From: Mobula hypostoma
Lineage: Eukaryota
DNA length: 64,000 bases
Assembly: GCF_963921235.1 (NCBI RefSeq)
Contig: NC_086097.1
Location: forward strand, 107,200,001-107,264,000
Reading direction: 5' to 3'
Part shown: positions 12,951 to 24,549 of the stretch, piece by piece
How the letters are laid out: every line of letters begins with the position of its first letter
Position numbering within the stretch: position 1 is the stretch's first letter
Notes under the pieces: model-generated
Told to the model about the DNA's origin: nothing
What the model saw: only the letters and a program-made list of their open reading frames with translations
Databases searched by the model: none
Made by a program: the position numbers and the translations under genes

Positions 12951-13065
12951 CTTATTGTAATTTATAGTTTCTTTATAATTATATATTGCAATATATTGCT
13001 ATTACAAAACAACAAATTTCACGACAAATAGCACTAATATTAAACCTGATTCTGATTCTGATTCT
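12398..13065 (+). mobile_element. Rex1/Babar LINE 3' fragment with (TG)n at ~12913-12947
   Basis: EWCHNNHLAFKVNKTKELIVNFRK peptide; (TGATTC)n tail. Confidence 0.8.
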
Positions 13066-13404
13066 GAAGTGTTTCAAGGAATAGGCTTACAATTTTCTAA
13101 TCATAGTCACGTGTTATAAGCAATGCCTGAGCTTCCTATCACAACATCTAGCCACATTAAGACTAATTGATGATGGTATCGTGACGTAGAGGGAAGAGGG
13201 AATGGAGTGAAGTCGAAGCCCATGAAGTCCAGTGGCATCAGATCAAAAATGAAGAAGGATTTTCCTGGTTAGCACCTACCATTATCGCTCATCTTCCACT
13301 ACTCAGATCAGTGGTCCCCAATACTTGGAAGAAGCATCTCAGTGCTTCAGTAGTTCTCGGAACTTGGAAGAAGTAGCAAGGGCATAAAATTTATTCTGTC
13401 TATG

Positions 13405-14110
13405 CAGAACATAGAACTTTACAGCACAGTACAGGCCCTTTGATCTACAATGTTGTGCCAACCTTTTAACCTACTCTTAGATTAATATTACTCTTCCTTT
13501 CCACATAGCCCTCCATTTTTCTGTATCCTTATGTCTACCTAAGAGTCTCTTAAATATCCCTAACCTATCTGCCTCTAACACCACCCACAGCAACACATTC
13601 CATGAACTTACCATTCTCTGTGTAAAAAAATCTACCTCTGAAATTTCCCCTTTTACTTTCCTTCAACTACCTTAAAGCAGATGATCCCAACCTGGGGTCC
13701 ACAGACTCCCGTTCACAATGGTGTTGGTCCATGGCATAAAAAATGGCAGGAACCACTGCCTTAAAATTATACCATCTTGTCTTAGTTATTTCTGTCCTGA
13801 GAAGGTCTCTGGATAAGGCAGTATCCTGGTAAGTCTCCTCTGCAGTCTCTCTAAAGCTTCCATATCCTTCCTATAATGAGTCAACCCAAACTGAACACCA
13901 TACTTCAAGTGTGATCCAACCAGAGTTTTATAGAGCTGTAACATGGTTTTTGATCTCAGTCACCTGACTGATAGAGGCCAACACAGCATCCCCCTTCTTA
14001 ACCAATTTGTATGGCAAATTTGAGGGATTTATGGATGTGGACTCCATGATCCTCTGTTCCTCCACATAATTAAGAATCCTGCCTTCAAGTCTGACTTTCC
14101 AACGTGTCTA
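13405..14110 (-). mobile_element. Degenerate CR1 3' fragment
   Basis: AGAACATAGAAC..ACAGCACAGTACAGGCCCTT tail/hairpin; colinear with 3692-4480. Confidence 0.75.
13678..13758. mobile_element. 81-bp hAT (Charlie/MER5-like) MITE
   Basis: Imperfect TIRs CAGATGATCCCAACC / GGCAGGAACCACTG; 8-bp TSD CCTTAAAG / CCTTAAAA. Confidence 0.7.
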
Positions 14111-14352
14111 TGAGCTTGTTAGTTTCACCTTTACAGGAATACAACTTCAACCATATAGATGTATACCATCAGATGAAACAACATCCCTCTGGACCAAGAT
14201 GCACAACCCAGTACATGCAGTGCAACTCATACACAACACATAAAGTAATATTACCACAAATAAATTAACAAATGATAAAATAGAGGTAAATAAAGGTGTA
14301 TTTACTACACAAATTAAAAAGTAAACAGTATAACTCCATTGATTCTTCATAA

Positions 14353-15452
14353 GTGAGAAGGCATGGGATCCAAGGGGACATTGTTTTGTGGATCCAGAAC
14401 TGGCTTGCCCACAGAAGATACAGAGTGGTTGGAGACGGGTCATATTCTGCATGGAGGTCGGTCACCAGTGGTGTGCCTCAGGGATCTGTTCTGGGACCCT
14501 TACTCGTCATGATTTTTATAAATGACCTGGATGGGATGGGTTAGTTTGCTGATGACACGAAGATTGGAGGTGTTGCGGATAGTGTGGAGGGCTGTCAGAG
14601 GTTAAAGCGGGACATTGATAGGCTGCAAAACTATGCTGAAAAGTGGCAGATGGAGTTCAACCCAGATAAGTGTGAAGTGGTTCATTTTGGTAGGTCAAAT
14701 ATGATGGCAGAATACAGTATTAATGGTAAGACACTTGGCAGTGTGGAGGATGAGCAGGATCTTGGGTTCCGAATCCATAGGATGCTCAAAGCAGCTGCAC
14801 AGGTTGACTCTGTGGTTAAGAAGGCGTATGGTGTATTGGCCTTCATCAATTGTGGAATTGAATTTAGGAGCAGAGAGGTAATGTTGCAGCTATATAGGAC
14901 CCTGGTCAGACCACACTTGGACTACTGTGCTCAGTTCTGGTAGCCTCAATACAGGAAGGATGTGGAAACCATAGAAAGGGTGCAGAGGAGATTTACAAGG
15001 ATGTTGCCTGGTTTGGGGAGCATGCCTTATGAGAATAGGTTGAGTGAACTCAGCCTTTTCTCCTTGGAGCGACGGAGGATGAGAGGTGACCTGATAGAGG
15101 TGCATAAGATGATGAGAGGCATTGATCATGTGGATAGTCAGAGGCTTTTTCCCAGGGCTGAAATGGTTGCCACAAGAGGACACAGGTTTAAGGTGCTGGG
15201 GAGTAGGTACAGAGGAGATGTCAGGGGTACATTTTTTACTCAGAGAGTGGTGAGTGCTTGGAATGGGCTGCTGGCAATGGTGGTGGAGACGGATACAAAT
15301 AGGGTCTTTTAAGGGACTTTTGGATAGGTAAGTGGAGCTTAGTAAAACAGAGGGCTATAGGTAAGCCTAGTAATTTCTAAGGTAGGGACATGTTCGGCAC
15401 AACGTTATGGGCCAAAGGGCCTGTATTGTGCTGTATGTTTTTTATGTTTCTA
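14353..15452 (+). mobile_element. CR1 3' fragment, same subfamily as 8651-9535
   Basis: [10 protein letters not shown] and downstream RT peptides in three broken ORFs; 3' UTR nearly identical to 9240-9535. Confidence 0.9.
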
Positions 15453-16310
15453 TATAGGAGGTGAATTAGACCATTTGGCCATTGATTCTGCTCCACTATT
15501 TCATCATGGCAGATCCACTTTTCCTCTGAGCCCCAATCTCCTGCCTTCTCCTTGTACCCCTTCATGACCTGATCAATCAAGAATCTATCAACCTTTGCCT
15601 TAAAAATACATAACCACTTGACCTCCATAGCTGACTGTGGCAAAGGATTCCACAGATTCACCACTCTCTGACTAAAGAAAACTTCTCCTTTTCTCCTTTC
15701 TAAAAGGACACCCTTCTATTCTGAGGCTGTGTCCTCTGGCCTTGGACTCTCCCACCATAGGAAACATCCTCGCCACACCCACTCTATCAAGGCTTTCAAC
15801 ATTGAATAGGTTTCAATAAGGTCACCCCTCATTCTTCTGAATTCCAGCGAATACAGGCTTAGAGCCATCAAATGCTTTACATATAACAAGCCATTCAATC
15901 TTGGAACCATTTTCATAAATCTCCTTTGAATCCTCTCCAGTTTCGGCACATCCTTTCTAAGATAAGGATTGCTCACAATGCTCTAGCTGAGCCATCACCA
16001 GTGCTTTATAAAGTCTCAACATTACATCCTTACTTTTATATTCTAGTCCTCTTGAAATGTATTTGCCTTTGGGGGAACCCTGTACTGACTACTTACTTAC
16101 ACCACGTTGTATTTGCCTTCCTCACCACCGACTCAACCTGCAAATTAACCTTTGGGGAATCCTGCATAAGGATTCCCAAGTTCTTTCCACCTCAGTTTTT
16201 TGTATTTTCTCTCCATTTAGAAAATAGTCAACCTTTTCATTTCTTCTACTAAAGTGCATGACCATAGACTTCCAAACACGTATTCTATCTGCCATTTCTT
16301 TGTACATTCT
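15453..16310 (-). mobile_element. CR1 3' fragment, tail-to-tail with the previous copy
   Basis: [32 protein letters not shown] and VNLWNPLPQ peptides. Confidence 0.85.
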
Positions 16311-17426
16311 CTTTAGAACAGGTAATTTTTTTATGACTGTGAATCCTTCGTCTATAATTCAGTGTTTGCAGGATGGTAGTTAAGGCAATGGAATGCGGTC
16401 CTCCTGTAAGATGTGGGATTTCAGGATACCTAACAGTCTCCTTGATGACTACATCTGTGGGAAATGCACCTAATTTCAACTTCTGATTGACCAACTCCAT
16501 GAACTGGAGCTGGATGAACTTAGCACCATCTGGGAGACTGTAAACCTCATAGTTGAAACTTTTATTGAGGTGGTCACAACCAGAGACCAGACTTCAGATA
16601 GAAGGTGGGTGACCACCTGGAGAGGTAAGAGGAGTAAGCAGTCAGTAGTGAGCTCCCCCATGGCCATTCCCCTCAGCAACAGGTATACCCCTTTGGTACT
16701 ACTCAGGGTAATGACCTATCAGGGCACAGCAGCATTAGCCAGTCTGGTGGCACTGTGACCGGTTCTAAGTCTCAGCAGGGAAGGATAAAGTGAGGCAGAG
16801 CAATAGTGATACGAGACTCAGTAGTTAGGGGTACAGACAGGAGATTTTGTGGCCGCAAAAGAGAAGCTAGGGTGGTGTGTTGCCTCCGAAGTGCTAGAGT
16901 CAAGAAGGTCTCAGAGCGGCTGCAGAATATTCTCAAAAGGGAGACTGAGCAGCCAGAGGTTGTGGTGTACACTGACACAAATGACATAGATAGAAAGGGG
17001 AGGGGGGAGGGGGAAGACGACCTGTCCAGTGAGTATATGAAGTTAGGAAAGAGATTGAAGAGGAGGTTCTTCTTTGGATCACTCCCAGTGCTAGACAGGG
17101 CAGGAAGAGAATAATAGTACAGATGAATGGGTGGCTGAGGAACTGGTGCAGGAGGCAGGGTTTCAGGTTCTTGGATCATTGGAATCTCTCTGGGCCAGGG
17201 GTGACATGTACAAGAGGGATGTGTTGCACCTAAACTGGAGAGGAACCAATATCCTGGCCAGGAGGTATGCTAGTTTGGCAGGGTGATGGAAATCGGAGAT
17301 CCAGGCGATAAAGTGGGGGGATGGAGAGGAAGGTAGCTGTCAGGATAAATGAAAACAGGCAGGAGCAAAGTAATAGATATGATGGGACAGTTTGAATTAT
17401 GTGTATTTTAATGCCAGGAGTATTAT

Positions 17427-17974
17427 ACTTTATAATTTATATTTTATACTTTACACTTTATTGTTGCCAAATAATTGATACTAGAATGTACAATCATCAC
17501 AGCGATATTTGATTCCGCGCTTCCCGCTCCCTGGATTACAAATCAATTGTAAATATTAAAAATTTAAATTATAAATCATAAATAGAAAATAGAAAAATGG
17601 AAAGTAAGGGAGTGCAAAAAATCCGAGAGGCAGGTCCGGATTTTTGGAGGGTACGGCCCAGATCCGGGTCAGGATCCGTTCAGCAGTCTTATCACAGTTG
17701 GAAAGGAGCTGTTCCCAAATCTGGCCGTACGAGTCTTCAAACTCCTGAGCCTTTTCCTGGAGGGAAGAGGGATGAAAAGTGTGTTGGCTGGGTGGGTCGT
17801 GTCCTTGATTATCCTGGCAGCACTGCTCCGACAGTGTGCGGTGTAAAGTGAGTCCAAGGATGGAAGATTGGTTTGTGTGATGTGCTGCGCCGTGTTCACA
17901 ATCTTCTGCAGCTTCTTTCCATCTTGGACAGGAAAGATGACATTCATCTTCCAACCAGGTAAGACTCGTATGCC
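17427..17974 (-). mobile_element. Rex1/Babar 3' fragment inserted into the CR1 APE domain
   Basis: KKLQKIVNTAQHIT..RTARFGNSSFPTVIRLLN peptide; 7-bp TSD GTATTAT (17420-17426 / 17975-17981). Confidence 0.8.
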
Positions 17975-18171
17975 GTATTATGGATAAAGGTGGTGAATTT
18001 AGAGCAAGCATCAATACCTGGAACCTGTTAAGTGCATCCAGGAGGGTCTCTAAAGTCAATATGTAGAGAGTCTAACAAGAGGAGGGCGTGTTGGGTAACA
18101 AACCTGGCCAGCTGACCGACCTTTCAGTGGGTGAGCAGTTAGACAACAACTCCTTAGGCTTTAAAATAGCT

Positions 18172-20679
18172 ATAGAAACATAGAAACATAGAAAATAGGT
18201 GCAGGAGTAGGCCATTCGGCCCTTCGAGCCTGCACCGCCATTTATTATGATCATGGCTGATCATCCAACTCAGAACCCAGCCTTCCCTCCATACCCCCTG
18301 ACCCCTGTAGCCACAAGGGCCATATCTAACTTCCTTTTAAACATAGCTAATGAACTGGCCTCAACAGTTTGCTGTGGCAGAGAATTCCACAGATTCACCA
18401 CTCTCTGTGTGAAGAAGTTTTTCCTAACCTCGGTCCTAAAAGGCTTCCCCTCTATCCTCAAACTGTGACCCCTCGTTCTAGACCTCCCCAACATCGGGAA
18501 CAATCTTCCTGCATCTAGCCTGTCCAATCCCTTTAGGATCTTATACGTTTCAATCAGATCCCCCCTCAATCTTCTAAATTCCAACGAGTACAAGCCCAGT
18601 TCATCCAGTCTTTCTTCATATGAAAGACCTGCCATCCCAGGAATCAATCTGGTGAACCTTCTTTGTACTCCCTCTATGGCAAAGATGTCTTTCCTCAGAT
18701 TAGGGGACCAAAACTGCACACAATACTCCAGGTGTGGTCTCACCAAGGCCTTGTACAACTGCAGTAGTACCTCCCTGCTCCTGTACTCGAATCCTCTCGC
18801 TATAAATGCCAGCATACCGTTCGCCTTTTTCACCGCCTGCTGTACCTGCATGCCCACTTTCAATGACTGGTGTATAATGACACCCAGGTCTCGTTGCACC
18901 TCCCCTTTTCCTAATCGGCCACCATTCAGATAATAATCTGTTTTCCTATTTTTGCCACCAAAGTGGATAACTTCACATTTATCCACATTAAATTGCATCT
19001 GCCATGAGTTTGCCCACTCACCCAACCTATCCAAGTCACCCTGCATCCTCTTAGCATCCTCCTCACTGCTAACACTGCCACCCAGCTTCGTGTCATCCGC
19101 AAACTTGGAGATGCTGCATTTAATTCCCTCATCCAAGTCATTAATATATATTGTAAACAACTGGGGTCCCAGCACTGAGCCTTGCGGTACCCCACTAGTC
19201 ACCGCCTGCCATTCTGAAAAGGTCCCGTTTATTCCCACTCTTTGCTTCCTGTCTGCTAACCAATTCTCCACCCACACCAATACCTTACCCCCAATACCGT
19301 GTGCTTTAAGTTTGCACACTAATCTCCTATGTGGGACCTTGTCAAAAGCCTTTTGAAAATCCAAATATACCACATCCACTGGTTCTCCCCTATCCACTCT
19401 ACTAGTTACATCCTCAAAAAATTCTATGAGATTCGTCAGACATGATTTTCCTTTCACAAATCCATGCTGACTTTGTCCGATCATTTCACCGCTTTCCAAA
19501 TGTGCTGTTATCACATCCTTGATAACTGACTCCAGCAGTTTCCCCACCACCGACGTTAGGCTAACCGGCCTATAATTCCCCGGTTTCTCTCTCCCTCCTT
19601 TTTTAAAAAGTGGGGTTACATTAGCCACCCTCCAATCCTCAGGAACTAGTCCAGAATCTAACGAGTTTTGAAAAATTATCACTAATGCATCCACTATTTC
19701 TTGGGCCACTTCCTTAAGCACTCTGGGATGCAGACCATCTGGCCCTGGGGATTTATCTGCCTTCAATCCCTTCAATTTACCTAACACCACTTCCCTACTA
19801 ACATGTATTTCGCTCAGTTCCTCCATCTCACTGGACCCTCTGTCCCTTACTATTTCTGGAAGATTATTTATGTCCTCCTTAGTGAAGACAGAACCAAAGT
19901 AATTATTCAATTGGTCTGCCATGTCCTTGCTCCCCATAATCAATTCACCTGTTTCTGTTTGCAGGGGACCTACATTTGTCTTTATCAGTCTTTTCCTTTT
20001 TACATATCTATAAAAGCTTTTACAGTCCGTTTTTATGTTCTCTGCCAGTTTTCTCTCATAATCTTTTTTCCCCTTCCTAATTAAGCCCTTTGTCCTCCTC
20101 TGCTGAACTCTGAATTTCTCCCAGTCCTCAGGTGAGCCACTTTCTCTGGCTAATTTGTATGCTACTTCTTTGGAATTGATACTATCCCTAATTTCTCTTG
20201 TCAGCCACGGGTGCACTACCTTCCTTGATTTATTCTTTTGCCAAACTGGGATGAACAATTGTTGTAGTTCATCCATGCAACCTTTAAATGCCTGCCATTG
20301 CATATCCACCGTCAATCCTTGAAGTGTCATTTGCCAGTCTATCTTAGCTAATTCATGTCTCATACCTTCAAAGTTACCCCTCTTTAAGTTCAGAACCTTT
20401 GTTTCTGAATTAACTACGTCACTCTCCATGTTAATGAAGAATTCCACCATATTATGGTCACTCTTACCCAAGGGGCCTCTCACGACAAGATCGCTAATTA
20501 ACCCTTCCTCATTGCTCAAAACCCAGTCCAGAATAGCCTGCTCTCTAGTCGGTTCCTCGACATGTTGGTTCAAAAAACCATCCCGCATACATTCCAAGAA
20601 ATCCTCTTCCTCAGCACCTTTACCAATTTGGTTCACCCAGTCTACATGTAGATTGAAGTCACCCATTATAACTGCTGTA
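18172..20679 (-). mobile_element. Young CR1 (HER1-like) LINE, 5'-truncated
   Basis: Uninterrupted ORF2 segment, 3' hairpin and (TTTCTATG)n tail; near-identical to three other copies in the window. Confidence 0.95.
18270..20666 (-). CDS. CR1 ORF2 (partial APE + intact reverse transcriptase), 798 aa, N-terminally truncated
   Basis: [26 protein letters not shown] and KFADDTK all intact with no stops. Confidence 0.88.
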   Translation of the reverse strand: MGDFNLHVDWVNQIGKGAEEEDFLECMRDGFLNQHVEEPTREQAILDWVLSNEEGLISDLVVRGPLGKSDHNMVEFFINMESDVVNSETKVLNLKRGNFEGMRHELAKIDWQMTLQGLTVDMQWQAFKGCMDELQQLFIPVWQKNKSRKVVHPWLTREIRDSINSKEVAYKLARESGSPEDWEKFRVQQRRTKGLIRKGKKDYERKLAENIKTDCKSFYRYVKRKRLIKTNVGPLQTETGELIMGSKDMADQLNNYFGSVFTKEDINNLPEIVRDRGSSEMEELSEIHVSREVVLGKLKGLKADKSPGPDGLHPRVLKEVAQEIVDALVIIFQNSLDSGLVPEDWRVANVTPLFKKGGREKPGNYRPVSLTSVVGKLLESVIKDVITAHLESGEMIGQSQHGFVKGKSCLTNLIEFFEDVTSRVDRGEPVDVVYLDFQKAFDKVPHRRLVCKLKAHGIGGKVLVWVENWLADRKQRVGINGTFSEWQAVTSGVPQGSVLGPQLFTIYINDLDEGIKCSISKFADDTKLGGSVSSEEDAKRMQGDLDRLGEWANSWQMQFNVDKCEVIHFGGKNRKTDYYLNGGRLGKGEVQRDLGVIIHQSLKVGMQVQQAVKKANGMLAFIARGFEYRSREVLLQLYKALVRPHLEYCVQFWSPNLRKDIFAIEGVQRRFTRLIPGMAGLSYEERLDELGLYSLEFRRLRGDLIETYKILKGLDRLDAGRLFPMLGRSRTRGHSLRIEGKPFRTEVRKNFFTQRVVNLWNSLPQQTVEASSLAMFKRKLDMALVATGVRGYGGKAGF

Positions 20680-21068
20680 TATAAGGATAACTATGGACCT
20701 TGCAGGAGAGTAAACTAGTGCAGGGTAGGAACTAAGGAGAGTTAATTGCGAACAGCTGCTCTTGGCCAAGTCCATAACTGACATGTGGAGAGTGTTTAAA
20801 GACCAACTGCACAAATTACAGGGCAGGGATATTTCAGTGAGAAGGAGGCACAAGGATAGCAAGGTAAGAGAACATTGGATGTTCAGGGAGGTGATAAATT
20901 TAGTCAAGAAGTAAAAGAAAACGTATGTAAAGCTTAGGAAACTAGAATCATATAGGGCCCTTGAAGATTGTAAAGACGCCAGAAAAGTATTCAAGAAGGG
21001 AATTAGGAAAGCAAGGAGGGACCATGAAAAGTTCTTGGCAAGTAGAATTAAAGAAAATACTAAGCATT

Positions 21069-21867
21069 CAAAGATTCAAAGTAGGTTTAATATCAAAGAG
21101 TGTATAAATTATACAACCTTGAAATTTGTCTGCTTACAGACAGTTGCAAAGTAAGAAACCCGGAAGAACCCAATTAAAAAGAAGATCAACACCCAATAGA
21201 CAGAGAAAAAGGGAAAAAAAACACAAATGATGCAAACAGTAGAAGTGAGCAACAGCACTCTTAGCCAAATTGAGTCCTTAGATCCGAATCCCAGAGAAGC
21301 CTGGAGCAGGCCCAAAGTCTTGGTCTCAGTTCATCGTATTAGCAAGGCAAATTGCTATGAAGCATTGCAACTAGGGCAGTCTCACAGTCAAAATGCAAAA
21401 TTGGTCCGTTCCAATACCCTGCCTTTCCAGGTTATCTGGACTGGCATTTAAATTTTCCAAACAGTGGATCATGCCTGACATTAGGACCCAGGCCCCACCG
21501 CAGTGATTTGCTCTGGGCCTAGACCTCGCTGCCCGGCCCAAAGTCATTTTGACCTCTCCAAATTGGCTCAGTGCTTAGAGTGATTCAACTTCACACCGAG
21601 GTTAGTTGCATGGGCATCGAAACACTTCTGACTCAACTCTTCTCCATTTGCTCACTCCAACTCCATCTTTGTCGATTTTGCATTGCTCCAGTATGGCTGA
21701 CCCTCTACTTCGCTTCGCCTTCGCTTACCTCTTCATTGTTTTTGGAGATAGTTTATCACAATTTACTTCAGAAAAGGTGTTATTGATACTGTTTTTACTT
21801 GAATTTCTTGCGTTTTGGACTACCAGTAAGCTGTTGGTTGCCTTCAGTAGCACCATCTTACTGGACA
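21069..21867 (-). mobile_element. Short non-autonomous element with Rex-type 3' tail
   Basis: Interrupts the CR1 sequence GCATTC|TATACATAT; tail TTCAAAGATTCAAAG at left; AAGATGGTGC near the minus-strand 5' end; no RT peptide in the ORF track. Confidence 0.6.
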
Positions 21868-23093
21868 TATACATATATCGAGAGCAAGATTATAAACTAG
21901 AGAGAAGGTAGAATCACTCTAGAGGGAAATATCTGCTTGCATGCAGAATATATGAGTGAGGTCCTTAATGAGTACTTTACATGAGCATCTGCCACAGAAA
22001 AGGTTAAGGATAGGGAGATCAGTGCTGAGTGTATTAATATGATAGGGCATTTTGAGATAAAGGAGGAGGCAGTGTTGGGTCTTTTAAGGAGCATTAAGGT
22101 GGATGTTCCCAGGACCTGATGGGATATACCTGAGGTTATGAGAAAGGCAAGAAATGAGATTGCTGGGACTTTGACCAATATCTTCATGTCTTCTCTAGGC
22201 ACAGGTGAGGTCCTAAAGGACTGGTGAGTAGCTAATGTTGTTCCATTATTCAAGAATGGAACTAGGGATAATCCTGGAAACTATAGACTGGTAATTCTCA
22301 CAAGTCATAGAAAAGTTACTGGAGAGAATTCTTAGGGAGAAGATTTATGAACATATGGAGAACTATGGCCTAACTATGAAGAGCCAACCTGGCTTTGTGT
22401 GGGGCAAATCATGTCTTAACAAATGATTGAGATTTTTGATGAAGTGGTGAGGGTGATTGGTGAAGGTGGAGCTGTGGATGTTGTCTACATGGATTTTAGT
22501 ATGGTGTTTGACAAACTCCATCATGAGAGGCTCATCCGGATGATTAAGATGTATGGGATCCATAGTGATTTGGCCTTTTGGATTCAAAACTGGCTTACTC
22601 CCATAGACAGAGGGTAGTGGTCAATGGAACTTATTCTCCCTGGAAGCCTGTGGTTAGCAGTGTTCCATAAGGATCTGTACAGGGAACTATGCTGTTTGAT
22701 GTATGTAAATGACCTGGATGAAAATGTAGATGGGTGTGTTAGTAAGTTTGCGGATGATACCACGATTGGAGGTGTTGTGGATAGTGTAGATGACTGCCAA
22801 AGGGTACAGCAGGATGTAGATCAGTTGCAGATATGGGTGTAGAAGTGGTATATGGAGCTTAACTCGGATAAATGTGAAGTTTTGCACCTTGGTAGGTCAA
22901 ATGTTGATGAACAGGGGGCTCTTGGGGGCCACTTCATAGCTCCTTGAAAGCATATGACATACTTACTTTTATTAATCGAGGCATTGAGTTCAAAAGTGAG
23001 GATGTTATGTTGCAGCTTTTTAAAAATCTAGTTAGGCCTGATCTGGAGTATTGCATACTGTTCTGATCACCCCATAATAGGAAAGATGTCAAA

Positions 23094-24000
23094 GCAGTGT
23101 TGGCAGTGAGGAGGATGCTAAGAGGATGCAGGGTGACTTGGATAGGTTGGGTGAGTGGGCAAACTCATGGCAGATGCAATTTAATGTGGATAAATGTGAA
23201 GTTATCCACTTTGGTGGCAAAAATAGGAAAACAGATTATTATCTGAATGGTGGCCGATTAGGAAAAGGGGAGGTGCAACGAGACCTGGGTGTCATTATAC
23301 ACCAGTCATTGAAAGTGGGCATGCAGGTACAGCAGGCGGTGAAAAAGGCGAATGGTATGCTGGCATTTATAGCGAGAGGATTCGAGTACAGGAGCAGGGA
23401 GGTACTACTGCAGTTGTACAAGGCCTTGGTGAGACCACACCTGGAGTATTGTGTGCAGTTTTGGTCCCATAATCTGAGGAAAGACATCTTTGCCATAGAG
23501 GGAGTACAAAGAAGGTTCACCAGATTGATTCCTGGGATGGCAGGTCTTTCATATGAAGAAAGACTGGATGAACTGGGCTTGTACTCGTTGGAATTTAGAA
23601 GATTGAGGGGGGATCTGATTGAAACGTATAAGATCCTAAAGGGATTGGACAGGCTAGATGCGGGAAGATTGTTCCCGATGTTGGGGAGGTCCAGAACGAG
23701 GGGTCACAGTTTGAGGATAGAGGGGAAGCCTTTTAGGACCGAGATGAGGAAAAACTTCTTCACACAGAGAGTGGTGAATCTGTGGAATTCTCTGCCACAG
23801 CAAACTGTTGAGGCCAGTTCATTGGCTATGTTTAAAAGGAAGTTAGATATGGCCCTTGTGGCTACAGGGGTCAGGGGGTATGGAGGGAAGGCTGGGTTCT
23901 GAGTTGGATGATCAGCCATGATCATAATAAATGGCGGTGCAGGCTCGAAGGGCCAAATGGCCTACTCCTGCACCTATTTTCTATGTTTCTATGTTTCTAT
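23094..24000 (+). mobile_element. Young CR1 3' fragment (ORF 23126-23902)
   Basis: Protein nearly identical to the C-terminal 258 aa of ORF 18270-20666; (TTTCTATG)n tail. Confidence 0.95.
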
Positions 24001-24549
24001 ATAGAGGTTTATCAGAATGCTGTCTAGACCAGAGGGCATGTGCTATAACAAGAGGTAGGATAACCTTTATCTGGAGCAGCTGAGAGGAGGTCTGCTAAAG
24101 TGTTATAAGGTTATGAGAGGCATAGAACGAATAGACAGACATTATCTTTTTCCAGGGTTGAAGTGAAGTGTCTAACACTGGATGGCATGCACTTAAGGTG
24201 AAAGGGGATAGGTTCAAAGAAGATGTGGGGGGCATGTTTTTTTTTACACAGAGTGCTGGGTGCCTGGAACCTCCTGCCCCAGTGGTGGTAGTGGCAGATA
24301 TTTTAAGGACTTTTAAGAAACACTTAGCTAGTAGACAAATGTAAATAAAATGGGAGGATGTGGACATTGTGCAGGAAGAAGGGATTAATTTTAGTTGGAC
24401 ATTTGATTACTAATTCAATTGTTCTGGCACAACATAGTGCGCCAAAGGGCCTGTGCCTGTGCTCTACTGTTCTATGTTCTTGTATCACTTCAAACGTTTC
24501 TGGATTGATATGAACTTGCAACTTCTTAGCTCTTATTGTGACCTACAAC

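Larger units (their letters stand above)
16330..24480 (+). mobile_element. Old, near full-length CR1 (ORF1 Cys motif + SGNH/GDSL esterase, ORF2 APE-RT, 3' tail) carrying four nested insertions
   Basis: IRDSVVRGTDRRFCGR..VVCCL esterase motif (16806-), CVYFNARSI at ~17400, RT motifs at 22250-22900 (VDVVYMDF, KFADDT), tail at ~24450-24480; pieces are colinear. Confidence 0.8.

Noticed and set aside
18652..20084. Plus-strand ORFs of 93-134 aa repeated at 52203-53635 and elsewhere
   Set aside because: Antisense shadows of CR1 ORF2; they recur only because the LINE copies are near-identical.
18172..20679. Segmental duplication or misassembly explaining identity with 51722-53878
   Set aside because: Flanks and 5' truncation points differ and scattered substitutions exist, which fits independent retrotranspositions.
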